DNA of 64,000 bases, from the NCBI GenBank assembly GCA_963775685.1, contig CAVZJV010000014.1, positions 1,728,001 to 1,792,000 of the forward strand. The letters are read 5' to 3'. Numbering within the stretch: position 1 is the first letter of the stretch; each line of letters opens with the position of its first letter. Of this stretch, positions 42,821-52,454 are shown in pieces. The translations under genes and the position numbers were made by a program. The stretch is from Candidatus Bathyarchaeota archaeon (GTDB lineage Archaea; Thermoproteota; Bathyarchaeia; Bathyarchaeales; Bathycorpusculaceae). The notes below the pieces were generated by a model. The model saw only the letters and a list, made by a program, of their open reading frames with translations. It did no database searches and was not told the origin of the DNA.

Positions 42821-43777
42821 TTGGAAATGGCAAATATCGACAACCAAAAAAACACAGAAGAATGCAACGAAGAATGCGAATTATGCACTACCTCAAACCA
42901 ATGCAACGACCCCAAAAAAGAAGAACACGAAAAAGAGCAAAAAATAAAACAGCAACTCAAAAAAATCAAATATAAAATTGCTGTCATAAGCGGAAAAGGC
43001 GGAGTAGGCAAAAGCACCGTAACAGCCAATCTAGCTATCTCATTCGCAATGCAAGGACACAAAGAAAAAGTTGGGGTTCTTGATGCAGACATTCATGGTC
43101 CATGTATTCCAAAAATGCTAGGCCTTAAAGGGCAGACGCTTATAGGCGAGCCAGGTGGAATGCTTTTTCCAGTTACTGGCAAACTGGGAATAAAAGTTGT
43201 GTCAATGGATTTTTTGCTTAAGAATGATGAAGCACCAGTTATTTGGCGCGGTCCATTAAAAATGAAAATTATTCAACAATTTTTATCTGACGTAACGTGG
43301 GGAGACCTTGACTATTTGCTAGTGGACCTTCCGCCTGGAACTGGCGATGAACCGCTAAGTGTCATGCCGCTTATACCGGACATGGATGGAGTTGTTATAG
43401 TGACGATGCCTTCAGAAGTTTCAGAAGCTGTTGTTAAGAAATCTGTTACGTTCGCTAAGCAAGTTGGCATTCCCGTAATTGGCATAATTGAGAACATGAG
43501 TGGTTTTATTTGCCCTGAGTGCGGAGCCAAAATTGATGTTTTCAAAGCGGGTGGTGGAAAAAGAATAGCCGATGATATGAGCATTCCTTATCTGGGTTCT
43601 ATACCTTTAGATCCTAAGATTTGTAATGACTCTGACGACGGGCTGTCTTTTATAGTTGAAAATAAAACTTCGCCTGCAACTAAAGTGTTCCTGGAAATTG
43701 TCAAGAAGATTGATCAATTCTTAGAAAATACGGATCCTCATAATCATAAGGAGATAAAAAATGAAAATATGTGTTAG
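42821..43777 (+). CDS. Mrp/NBP35 Fe-S carrier ATPase
   Basis: N-terminal Cys cluster, GKGGVGKS, VIWRGP, DLPPGTGD, ENMSGFICPEC. Confidence 0.93.
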   Translation: MEMANIDNQKNTEECNEECELCTTSNQCNDPKKEEHEKEQKIKQQLKKIKYKIAVISGKGGVGKSTVTANLAISFAMQGHKEKVGVLDADIHGPCIPKMLGLKGQTLIGEPGGMLFPVTGKLGIKVVSMDFLLKNDEAPVIWRGPLKMKIIQQFLSDVTWGDLDYLLVDLPPGTGDEPLSVMPLIPDMDGVVIVTMPSEVSEAVVKKSVTFAKQVGIPVIGIIENMSGFICPECGAKIDVFKAGGGKRIADDMSIPYLGSIPLDPKICNDSDDGLSFIVENKTSPATKVFLEIVKKIDQFLENTDPHNHKEIKNENMC

Positions 43778-44147
43778 TGCAACAGGCAGCAATTTGGAAG
43801 CGCAGTTAGACCCTCGCTTTGGCAGATGCCTATACCTTGTAGTTGTGGATTCTGAAACAATGCAGTTTGAAGCTATTCCAAACATGGCAGCGGGCGCAAC
43901 TGGCGGTGCAGGAATTCAAGCGGCTCAAGTCATAGCCGACAAGGGTGTCAAGGTGGTTATAACCGGAAATGTTGGACCTAACGCCTTCGGGGCGTTATCA
44001 GCTGCTGGCATAGAAATTGTGACCGGAGCCTCTGGGGTCGTCAAAGAAGTCGTCGAGAAGTTCAAGAAAGGCGAGTTAGGAAAAACTGGCGCGCCTACCG
44101 TGGGTGGTCATTTCGGAATGGGTCGAGGGCGAGGCGGAGGAAGATGA
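43761..44147 (+). CDS. NifB/NifX family protein
   Basis: DPRFGRC, GGAGIQAAQ, GNVGPNA, Gly/Arg-rich tail. Confidence 0.9.
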   Translation: MKICVSATGSNLEAQLDPRFGRCLYLVVVDSETMQFEAIPNMAAGATGGAGIQAAQVIADKGVKVVITGNVGPNAFGALSAAGIEIVTGASGVVKEVVEKFKKGELGKTGAPTVGGHFGMGRGRGGGR

Positions 44148-44224
44148 ACATAAACAAATTGAACGTAGTTCGACCAAGCAAACTAGGAACATCCTTCAAG
44201 CTAACAGAAGTGGAGGTGAGGTAA

Positions 44225-44617
44225 TTGACAGATAGAATAGTAATCCCTTCAGAAGATCAAAATGGCTTGAACGCAAGTTTAGCAGAGCATTTTGGAAGAG
44301 CTCCATACTATACCGTTGTTGACTTTGACGAGAAAGGTGAAGTTTTAAACGTTAAGTCTGTTCCAAACGTTAGCGAGCATGCAGGTGGAGCAGGTGTTGC
44401 ACCAGACCACATCTTGGAGCTGAAACCGACTGCCGTAATTGTCCACGATATGGGGTTTAAAGCTATTGATATTTTTAAGAACGCAGGAGTGGCAGTGCTA
44501 AGATCCAACGCAGACACGGTTGACAAAGTGGTTGCCGCCTATAAAGACGACAAGCTCCAAGAGCTTACAGAAGGTTGTGGGCATGAACAACATGAACATC
44601 AGGAGCATCACCATTAA
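44225..44617 (+). CDS. NifB/NifX family protein with His-rich tail
   Basis: HFGRAPYY, tail CGHEQHEHQEHHH. Confidence 0.88.
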   Translation: MTDRIVIPSEDQNGLNASLAEHFGRAPYYTVVDFDEKGEVLNVKSVPNVSEHAGGAGVAPDHILELKPTAVIVHDMGFKAIDIFKNAGVAVLRSNADTVDKVVAAYKDDKLQELTEGCGHEQHEHQEHHH

Positions 44618-44659
44618 TGTGGAAATCAATGGTGATTATGAGGTTCTGAAGGTGGAAAA

Positions 44660-45088
44660 ACGTCAAGGAAACTATCAGAAGAAGAATTGAAACTGATGAT
44701 GGAGTCAGGGTACTCTAAAAAAGCAATCGATCTGTATGTGAACAATGTTAACGTTGGCACATTAGAGAACGCTAGTGTCGTCACCACTTTTCTTGGTCCA
44801 TGCGGCGACCTCATAAAACTGTATTTACAAATTGGCAAAAAAGACAAAATTGAAGATGCTAAGTTCTATTATTTAGGCTGTCCTGGTTCAGCTGCTTCAG
44901 CGTCTGCGATGACTGTGCTATTGAAAGGCAAGACTGTTAATCAGGCAAAGAACATGACAGAAAGCGACATATTGAATGAGCTTGGTGGTTTACCAAAATT
45001 AAAGTCTGACTGTGCAAAGCTATCCATAAAGACCCTGCGAAAAGCTATTGTTGAATACGAGAAACAAAAAGGTCGCTCAGAAATATAG
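44660..45088 (+). CDS. IscU/NifU-N type Fe-S scaffold protein
   Basis: GPCGD, GCPGS, DCAKL; probable start is ACG at 44660 (track uses TTG at 44687). Confidence 0.85.
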   Translation, partial: TSRKLSEEELKLMMESGYSKKAIDLYVNNVNVGTLENASVVTTFLGPCGDLIKLYLQIGKKDKIEDAKFYYLGCPGSAASASAMTVLLKGKTVNQAKNMTESDILNELGGLPKLKSDCAKLSIKTLRKAIVEYEKQKGRSEI

Positions 45089-45132
45089 TTAATTTCCCAT
45101 TTTTTCTTAATTACATTCAGGCGGATAAATAA

Positions 45133-45969
45133 ATGATTATGTCTGTTGCTAGTGGAAAGGGTGGAACGGGAAAAACATCAGTTGCTGTGAACTTAGCTCT
45201 TTCAGTAGGCAATGTCCAACTTCTAGACTGTGACGTTGAAGAGCCGAACGCATATCTGCTCTTACACCCTGAAATCAATAAAAAAGAACCAGTCTACACC
45301 TTAATCCCGAAGGTAGATAGAGAACTTTGTAACACTTGTGGCGAATGCACAAAATTCTGTCAGTTCAATGCTATATTTGTAGCCTCCGAGAAAATTCTTA
45401 TTTTCCCAGATCTTTGCCATAGCTGCGGTGGATGCTCTATGGTTTGCCCCAAAAAGGCAATTACTTGGGAAAAGCACAAAATCGGTACGCTGAATTTTGG
45501 CGCAACTGACGGGGTAGCTCTTGTTTATGGGGAGCTTGAAGTAGGCAAGCCTATGGCTGTTCCAGTCATAAAAGCTGTTAAAAAACAGATTAAAGAGGGA
45601 AAAAATGTGGTTCTTGATTCTCCGCCTGGAACCTCATGCCCATTTGTGGAAACTGTTAGAGGCAGTGACTTCTGTATTTTAGTGACTGAACCTACTCCTT
45701 TTGGTTTGCATGACTTGAAGATAGCAGTTGAGGTTTTGCGAAAAGTGGGGGTTCCTTTTGGCGTAGTTATTAACCGCACCGGCATAGGTGACAAAAAAGT
45801 GTATGATTACTGTGGAAAAGAGAACATCCTTATTCTTTTGGAAATTCCTTATGAAAGAAGAATAGCTGAACTCTACTCTAAAGGGGTTCCATTTAGCTTG
45901 GAAATGCCTGAATGGGCAGAAAAATTTCAAACACTCTACAATGAAGTCGAGGAGTTGATCAGAGAATGA
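45133..45969 (+). CDS. MinD-like P-loop ATPase with inserted 2x[4Fe-4S] ferredoxin
   Basis: SGKGGTGKT, DCDVEEPN, CxxCxxCxxxC twice, DSPPGTSCP, EPTPFGLHDL. Confidence 0.9.
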   Translation: MIMSVASGKGGTGKTSVAVNLALSVGNVQLLDCDVEEPNAYLLLHPEINKKEPVYTLIPKVDRELCNTCGECTKFCQFNAIFVASEKILIFPDLCHSCGGCSMVCPKKAITWEKHKIGTLNFGATDGVALVYGELEVGKPMAVPVIKAVKKQIKEGKNVVLDSPPGTSCPFVETVRGSDFCILVTEPTPFGLHDLKIAVEVLRKVGVPFGVVINRTGIGDKKVYDYCGKENILILLEIPYERRIAELYSKGVPFSLEMPEWAEKFQTLYNEVEELIRE

Positions 45970-46849
45970 AGCAGTTAACAATTTTAAGTGGAAAGGGTGG
46001 TACAGGCAAAACATCGATAACTGCTTCTTTTTCAGTTCTAGCGAAAAACGCCGTGGTTGCAGACTGCGATGTTGATGCGCCTGACCTACACATGTTATTG
46101 CACCCTGAAATAAAAAAAGAGCAGGAGTTCATAGGCTCAAAATTAGCGGTTATTGACAAAACAAAATGTATCAAATGTGGTTCGTGCCAAGAAAAATGCA
46201 ATTTTCGGCGCAATAAACAGCGATTTAGAAATTGTCGCTATTTCATGTGAGGGATGTGGTGTCTGCAAAGTCGCTTGCCCAGTTGAAGCCATAACTTTGG
46301 CGCATAGAGTTTCAGGGAAAGCCTTTATTTCAAAGACTAAATACGGTTCAATGTCACATGCCCTGCTTAATCCGGGTGAATCCAATTCAGGAAAACTCGT
46401 AACTTTGGTTCGGCAAAACGCTAAAATATTAGCTGAAAAAGAAAAACATGACCTAATAATTATCGACGGCTCGCCTGGAATCGGTTGCCCTGTAATAGCG
46501 TCTATTACAGGAGTAGATGCAGCATTAGTGATTACAGAGCCGACAATGTCAGGAATCCATGACCTTGAAAGAGTCTTAAAATTGCTGGATCACTTCAATG
46601 TCTTTGGGTTTGTTTGCATAAATATGTATGACATAAATGTAGGCAATACAAAAAAGATTTTGAGCTTCTGCAAAGAAAACAAAACAGAAGTTGTTGGCAT
46701 GCATTCCCTTTAGCCCTGAAGTTACTCAGGCAATGGTTAATGGGAAAACAATTGTTGAGTACGCTCCTAAGAGTGGGGTATCGGAAGAAATAAAGAACAT
46801 GTGGAACAAAATGAGTCAATTTTTAAGTGTTGAAAACTATGATACCTAA
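45966..46849 (+). CDS. Second MinD-like ferredoxin ATPase; two 1-nt insertions (about 46205 and 46702)
   Basis: SGKGGTGKT, DCDVDAPD, CEGCGVC, GESNSGKLV, DGSPGIGCP. Confidence 0.85.
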
Positions 46850-47377
46850 ATTTTTTTTCTGACAAAGGGTGTCGGCAAACACAGAGACCAGTTGCAGTCT
46901 TTTGAGCTTGCGTTAAGAGATGCGGGCATCCAGTATTGCAACCTTGTGAATGTTTCAAGCATAGTCCCTCCAGGATGCAAATTGATTTCACGAGAGCAGG
47001 GCTTAAAGATGTTGCAGCCGGGAGAAATTACCTACGTGGTCCAAGCCAGAAATTCGACTAAGGAACCACACAGATTGCTTGCATCGTCAATAGGTATTGC
47101 CATCCCATCAGGCAAAAATCAGTACGGTTACTTGTCTGAACACCATTCCTTTGGACAAACTGATGAAACCGCCGGCGACTACGCAGAAGATCTCGCTGCA
47201 ACCATGCTTGCAACAACCATGGGCATCCAATTTGACCCCGAAACCGCATGGGACGAACGCAAACAACTTTTCAAAACCACAGGGCTCATCATAAAAACAG
47301 CCAACATAACGCAGTCAGCTACTGGAGACAAGAATGGTTTGTGGACAACAACTGTGGCAACCGCTGTTTTTGTTTGA
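46839..47377 (+). CDS. pdaD: Pyruvoyl-dependent arginine decarboxylase; frameshift in T8 run 46851-46858
   Basis: [40 protein letters not shown]. Confidence 0.9.
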
Positions 47378-47418
47378 ATCGAAAAAAGTAGAGAAAATAG
47401 TTGTATTCCAATGGAGTT

Positions 47419-47640
47419 TCATTGAATTGCTGTTTCGCCTGTTTTGGAGAGAATATACTTGTCGTTTGCTTCCTCCACTAACCCAGAATTCTTGAGTTCC
47501 CTCAAACCGCTTCTCACCTTAAACAGAGGCTGCCCAGTCTTAGAGGCTACTTCTTCAGCAGACAAGGACCCATCCTTTAACGATTTCAGCGTTGTCAAAC
47601 CAGTTGAAGTGGGTTTTCCATCAGGAGATACACAGGGCAT
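47419..47640 (-). CDS. Small winged-helix protein with N-terminal Cys
   Basis: MPCVSPDG, EEVASKTGQPLFKVRSGLREL. Confidence 0.7.
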   Translation of the reverse strand: MPCVSPDGKPTSTGLTTLKSLKDGSLSAEEVASKTGQPLFKVRSGLRELKNSGLVEEANDKYILSKTGETAIQ

Positions 47641-47646
47641 AACGCT

Positions 47647-48309
47647 TCAGCTCTCAGGAAGCTTCTTCCTACAAAGATACCAGTCTTTGCACTCGTAGCC
47701 TTCTTGTCTTAGCCTCTCTTCAGCCCCTTCGGTAGTAGTGGGTGCTGGAACAACAACTGGGTCACCCGGATTCCAGTTTGCTGGAGTTGCAACTTTGTAC
47801 TTATCGGCTGTCTGCAGTGCATCAACTAACCTGATAATTTCCTGCATATTTCTGCCAGTGGTCATTGGATAGTAAAGCATAGCTCTTATCTTGCTCTCTG
47901 GATCAATAATAAAAACGCACCGGACTGTTTCCGTCTTGCTTTGTTCTGGATGGATCATTCCATACTTCTTGGCAACTTCCTTATTCAAATCGGCAATGAT
48001 GGGAAAAGGTATTTTGACACCCATTTTTTCCTCACAGTTTCTTATCCAAGCAATATGGGAAGAAACGCTATCGACGCTTAAACCCAAGAGTTCAACATTT
48101 CGACTCTTTAGTTCATCGTATATTTCGGAGAAAGCCATGAATTCTGTTGTGCAAACGGGTGTAAAATCTGCTGGATGCGAAAAAAGAATCAGCCACGTAC
48201 CTTTGTAGTCTGATAAGCGTAACGTCCCTTGAGTTGTGGGTGCTTCAAAATCTGGCGCTTTTTGACCTAATACTGGGAAACAAGTTTGCTCTGTTTGAAC
48301 TTCAGTCAT
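47647..48309 (-). CDS. Peroxiredoxin (Prx6/archaeal type)
   Basis: HPADFTPVCTTE, GRN, TPANW, ECKDWYLC. Confidence 0.94.
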   Translation of the reverse strand: MTEVQTEQTCFPVLGQKAPDFEAPTTQGTLRLSDYKGTWLILFSHPADFTPVCTTEFMAFSEIYDELKSRNVELLGLSVDSVSSHIAWIRNCEEKMGVKIPFPIIADLNKEVAKKYGMIHPEQSKTETVRCVFIIDPESKIRAMLYYPMTTGRNMQEIIRLVDALQTADKYKVATPANWNPGDPVVVPAPTTTEGAEERLRQEGYECKDWYLCRKKLPES

Positions 48310-48380
48310 TTATTTTCACCTTCAACAAATATAATCATCAAGTGACAATAATATAATAAACAAACAATACTAATACTTGT

Positions 48381-48397
48381 CGTTTATAAAATAAACG
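48381..48397. promoter_or_regulatory. CGTTTA-TAAAA-TAAACG palindrome upstream of prx
   Basis: Same motif as at the Lrp/mrp promoter. Confidence 0.6.
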
Positions 48398-48700
48398 AAT
48401 TATACAAATAAAACAAAGATCGAGCATCGCGAATGTTTCAGCAAAGAGACTGGAAGCAGTTGAAGGTTCTCAGATAATCGAACCTCAAACCGTTTTTTCC
48501 TACAGCAGTCTTTTTTCCGAGTGCTCGCGCGCCCAATATGAGTTAAATATTGCTTTCATTGTAGCGGGATTAAATTGAACAATATTTTGTTGATATGCGC
48601 CAGGAGCGTGAAAGGAGCACAATTTTATTCTTCTAAAACGCCGCCTGGAAGAAAAAATTCGTTTACTCTCATTAAAAACAAAAGTATGTTAAGCTCTCTC

Positions 48701-48937
48701 TCATGTTTGCTCGATTTTTTGGATAACCAGTGCCTTCTCAGGACATCTTTCCACGAGCTTCTTAACGTAATTCAAGTTCTCTGAAAACTCTCCCATAATC
48801 GAGCATTCCTTTGAAGACTTGTTTGAACTTGGCTTTAGCTCACGCGCCAAGAGTTGTGCATGGATTGGGCAGCGACCGATCGATATACCGCAGTCGAGGC
48901 ATCTATCTCTGTTTACGATTACTCTGTACTTAGTCAT
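48701..48937 (-). CDS. Single-cluster ferredoxin-like protein
   Basis: VNRDRCLDCGISIGRCP...ERCPEKAL. Confidence 0.7.
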   Translation of the reverse strand: MTKYRVIVNRDRCLDCGISIGRCPIHAQLLARELKPSSNKSSKECSIMGEFSENLNYVKKLVERCPEKALVIQKIEQT

Positions 48938-49010
48938 ATGGGCAACTCACCTCTTTTTATTCTATTCAAACCTGAATCTTGTTTGTTTTTTTGCCTACCC
49001 TTTGCTGTTT

Positions 49011-49150
49011 CGTTAAGTTCTTTAATGGTTTATTCTCTCTTTGAGCACTCATTTTGACGCTTGCAGCGATCTCTCTTGCAATGATTTGACACTCATTGAT
49101 AAATCACGCAGTTTTTATCTCTTTTTCCAAAATATGCAATTTTTTTTTCG
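49011..49150 (-). pseudogene. Degraded paralog of small ORF 49643-49819
   Basis: Fragments ECQIIARE..QASK*VLKE..KPL align with EFEIIAKKASKQAFEWVLEQTDNPL. Confidence 0.45.
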
Positions 49151-49262
49151 ATTAAATTGCAACGTTTGGTTAAGATTAATACCTACCGCTCGTAAGAGTC
49201 TATGCATAGTCTTCTTTTTAAACTTGCTTCCTGCTTTGCTTCAGTTGAAAAGCGGCAACATC

Positions 49263-49604
49263 TTATTTTGTTCCGTTCGCGTTTTGAACATTTTTGCTTG
49301 GAGTGGACGTAACTAAGTAAATTGGTCTTCCTTCACTTAGAGCTTGCGCTGTCTTTCTTCTTGCACTTTGAACAAGTCTCCAAATGGTTCCTCTCGAAAT
49401 GCTCATTCTTTGTCCTGCCTCTTCCTGTGACAAACCCTCCATATCCACAAGCCTGAAGGCTTCAACTTCCGCAAATTCAATGAAAAACGGTTCCAAATTC
49501 CATGATGGATTAGGGATAAAGCTGGTTATAGGCGGAATGATCCCTAAGGTAACGGGCTTTGGAAATCGCCCTCTTCCACCGCAGCGATGCCTTCCTCGCC
49601 ACAT
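49263..49604 (-). CDS. DUF134 family HTH protein
   Basis: EVEAFRLVDMEGLSQEEAGQRMSISRGTIWR; ATG at 49604 preceded by GGAGA. Confidence 0.88.
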   Translation of the reverse strand: MWRGRHRCGGRGRFPKPVTLGIIPPITSFIPNPSWNLEPFFIEFAEVEAFRLVDMEGLSQEEAGQRMSISRGTIWRLVQSARRKTAQALSEGRPIYLVTSTPSKNVQNANGTK

Positions 49605-49642
49605 AACAGGTTCTCTCCTTCTCGAGATTATTTGTCTTTTAC

Positions 49643-49819
49643 TCAGCACGTTAATGGGTTGTCTGTCTGCTCGAGAACCCACTCAAATGCTTGCTTCGAT
49701 GCTTTTTTAGCGATGATTTCAAACTCGGTGAATGGACCGGCGTTTAACATCTCATCTTCAAGGAGCTCTAAACAGTTTCTGATTTCTTGCTCTCTTTTCA
49801 TGTTTGGCACTTTACACAT
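49643..49819 (-). CDS. Small hypothetical protein (58 aa)
   Basis: Manual translation MCKVPNMKREQEIRNCLELLEDEMLNAGPFTEFEIIAKKASKQAFEWVLEQTDNPLTC; directly upstream of DUF134. Confidence 0.6.
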   Translation of the reverse strand: MCKVPNMKREQEIRNCLELLEDEMLNAGPFTEFEIIAKKASKQAFEWVLEQTDNPLTC

Positions 49820-49940
49820 TTTTTATGTTCTCTTCATTTAAACCGTATGTTGTGCAGAACTTTTATATATTTCTGTGCACTATCACACAATTGATTGTGT
49901 GCATAAACACAAAAATAACCTGAAAGAAGTGAAATAAAAA

Positions 49941-50312
49941 ATGGGATATCGAAGAAGAGCATATTTTGATCAATGGCACGGTAGAGGTCCCTTCAGCAAC
50001 TTGCCACCATGGCAAAGACCCGGACGCATGTACGGCAGCAGAGGCTATGGTAGAGGATATGGCAGAGGCTGGGGCACTGATTCACGAGTATGTGCAAGAT
50101 TTCCGTCACTGCCGAGATGGTGGTGGGCAGACCCAACATATGCATATCAGCCTCCAACACCGAATCCAAAAGATGAAATAGCAGCGCTAGAAGATTCCAA
50201 AAAGGAACTCGGAGAAGAGAAAACCAGCATAGAGCAAGAAATCAACGACATAGAAACGCAACTAAAAGAGTTAAAATCCAAGCTTGAACCAGAGAAAAAA
50301 CAATCAGAATGA
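49941..50312 (+). CDS. DUF5320-like Gly/Arg-rich protein with C-terminal coiled coil
   Basis: GRGPFSNLPPWQRPG, GYGRG repeats, heptad tail. Confidence 0.75.
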   Translation: MGYRRRAYFDQWHGRGPFSNLPPWQRPGRMYGSRGYGRGYGRGWGTDSRVCARFPSLPRWWWADPTYAYQPPTPNPKDEIAALEDSKKELGEEKTSIEQEINDIETQLKELKSKLEPEKKQSE

Positions 50313-50394
50313 CAGTAAGCATTGTCAACCATAGTTAGTCGACATATTTTCCAACATTTCAAGGCTGCAAAAAAATAATTGGAGGACAAAGAAA

Positions 50395-50694
50395 TTGTTG
50401 TCAAAAATTCCAATAAACTTTGAAAGAATAACGAAAGAAGATTTGGACAAAGAAATACTCAGAGTAGCAATCATAGCCGAGTTGGATGCAGTGAACCTTT
50501 ACGAGCAGATGGCAGCGTTAACCGAAAATAAACACATAAAGACTACACTACTGGAAATAGATAGGGAAGAAAAGACGCATGTTGGAGAATTCCAAGCGCT
50601 TCTGCTAGCAAATGATGAGCAGCAGGAAAAAGAATTGGCTGAAGGTAAAAGAGAAGTTGAAGAACTAACTGGTAAAATTGGTGCAAGGCGGTAA
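50395..50694 (+). CDS. Encapsulin-cargo-type ferritin-like protein
   Basis: LRVAIIAELDAVNLYEQ and EEKTHVGEF ferroxidase motifs. Confidence 0.85.
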   Translation: MLSKIPINFERITKEDLDKEILRVAIIAELDAVNLYEQMAALTENKHIKTTLLEIDREEKTHVGEFQALLLANDEQQEKELAEGKREVEELTGKIGARR

Positions 50695-50842
50695 TTTCAA
50701 GCAGAATTCTCCCCTTTTTTAGATAACAATTAAGCTTCAATACTTGAAGTTATTAGATGTAGAGTTGTCATCTTAATAGAAATGGAAGTCTATTTAGACA
50801 GGTAAATACGCAGACACCATTGGAAATGGAGGCTTTTCAAAG

Positions 50843-52109
50843 ATGAACGAAAAAAGAGCACCTCTTAAAAAAGGAGAAGAAGCAGCGAAACTATCCACGA
50901 TTATTCTTTTAGCTCTCGGTATTTTGAAAGGAATCACTTCTATTGCAAGTGGTAGTGTTGCTCTCTTGGCGGGCACAATCGATTCTTTCTCGGATGTTTT
51001 CTCTTCAATAGCGGTGTGGGCTGGACTCAACATTGCAAAGAGAAAACCAACCGAAAGATTTCCCTACGGTTATTATAAGGCAGAAACTTTTGCGTTGTTA
51101 GCAGTGTCTTTGATAATCGTGACATCCAGCGTTTTTATTATGTTTGAGTCTTTTCAAAAGTTTTTTGAGGTCTACGTTATCTCATTTTCAGACTTAGCGC
51201 TTGCTGTATCAGCTGCATCAGCCATTATTTATTATTTGCTTGCTAAATACAAAGCGAGGGTGGGGCGCCAAGTTGGTTCGCAAGCTTTGATTAGCGAAGG
51301 CTTGCATTCTATGGTAGATGTTTATACTTCTCTGTTGGTTTTTGTCGGGGTTTTTTTGGCAGTGTTAGGGTATCCCGCAGGTGAGGCTCTAATTGGCTTC
51401 GTAATTGGTTTGTATGTACTGATAAGAGGATTAATGTATGGAAAAGATGCAGCACTGGTTTTGATGGATGTTTCGCCCAGTCCACAGAAAGTTGAGGAAA
51501 TGAAGGAAATAGCAGAGGCTGTTAATGGAGTTAGAGGAACCCATGATGTCAGGTTGCGAAAATCCGGACCAGTTTTCTTTGGTGAGTTGCACATTGAGTT
51601 GATAGAAGGGCTTTCCTTGGAAAGAGCACATGTGATTTCCTATGAGGTTGAAAGAAAAATCAAGCGACGTTTTGAAGATCTGGAGTTAGTTACAGTTCAT
51701 GTGGGAGTTGCGCATAGGAAAAAAAATCGATTGGCTATTCCAATAGTTGAAGACAAAGGTTTAGACTCATTAATTAGTTTTCATTTTGGAAGCGCACCTT
51801 ATTTTGCCTTTATAGATGTTGAAGAAGGGCAAATAGTGGGTTTCTATGTTAAGGCGAATGAAGGAGCAAAATTGTCTCACAAGAAGGGTATACAAGCTGC
51901 TAACCTCTTGATTGAAGAAAATGTTACTGCTGTGCTAGCGGGAGGTATCGGCGAAGGTCCATTCCACATACCTAGGAGATAATTTAATACAGATTTATTC
52001 TCTCTCCAAATCTATGAAAATAAACGAGGCTGTTAACCTCCTAAATACAGCCTTATTACAAAGAATGACGTCGCCGACTGAAGAGCACAGCGAGGATAAA
52101 ATTGAATGA
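50843..52109 (+). CDS. Cation diffusion facilitator fused to a C-terminal NifB/NifX domain; 1-nt insertion near 51971
   Basis: DSFSD, FPYGYYKAE, HSMVD, HFGSAPYF, GIGEGP; shifted frame continues to TGA at 52109. Confidence 0.88.
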
Positions 52110-52454
52110 CTCATCAATTCCTTTTTATCCCAAAGAAAGAAACAATTAATATTACTCTTCCGTAAATTGGCTGTTACTTTTTTCAATATCTGGTTTATGC
52201 AACCTATTCTTCCAATATTATTAATGTTAATATAGATCGCACATGATTTGCAGTTCTTATTTTTTGTATTACTACATCTTTTAATTTAGTGTGCTGTCTT
52301 GTCCCGATATTGGATGTTGAAGCAGGTTGCAGGTTCGCTATGATCCAAGGAATCATAATATTACAGGTTTATGAGGGGTTGTAGTTGGAAAGGTTACAGT
52401 CACACGTAGTTATATTATCGTGCGCGTTAATTCAACTGTAAGATACTATATTTT

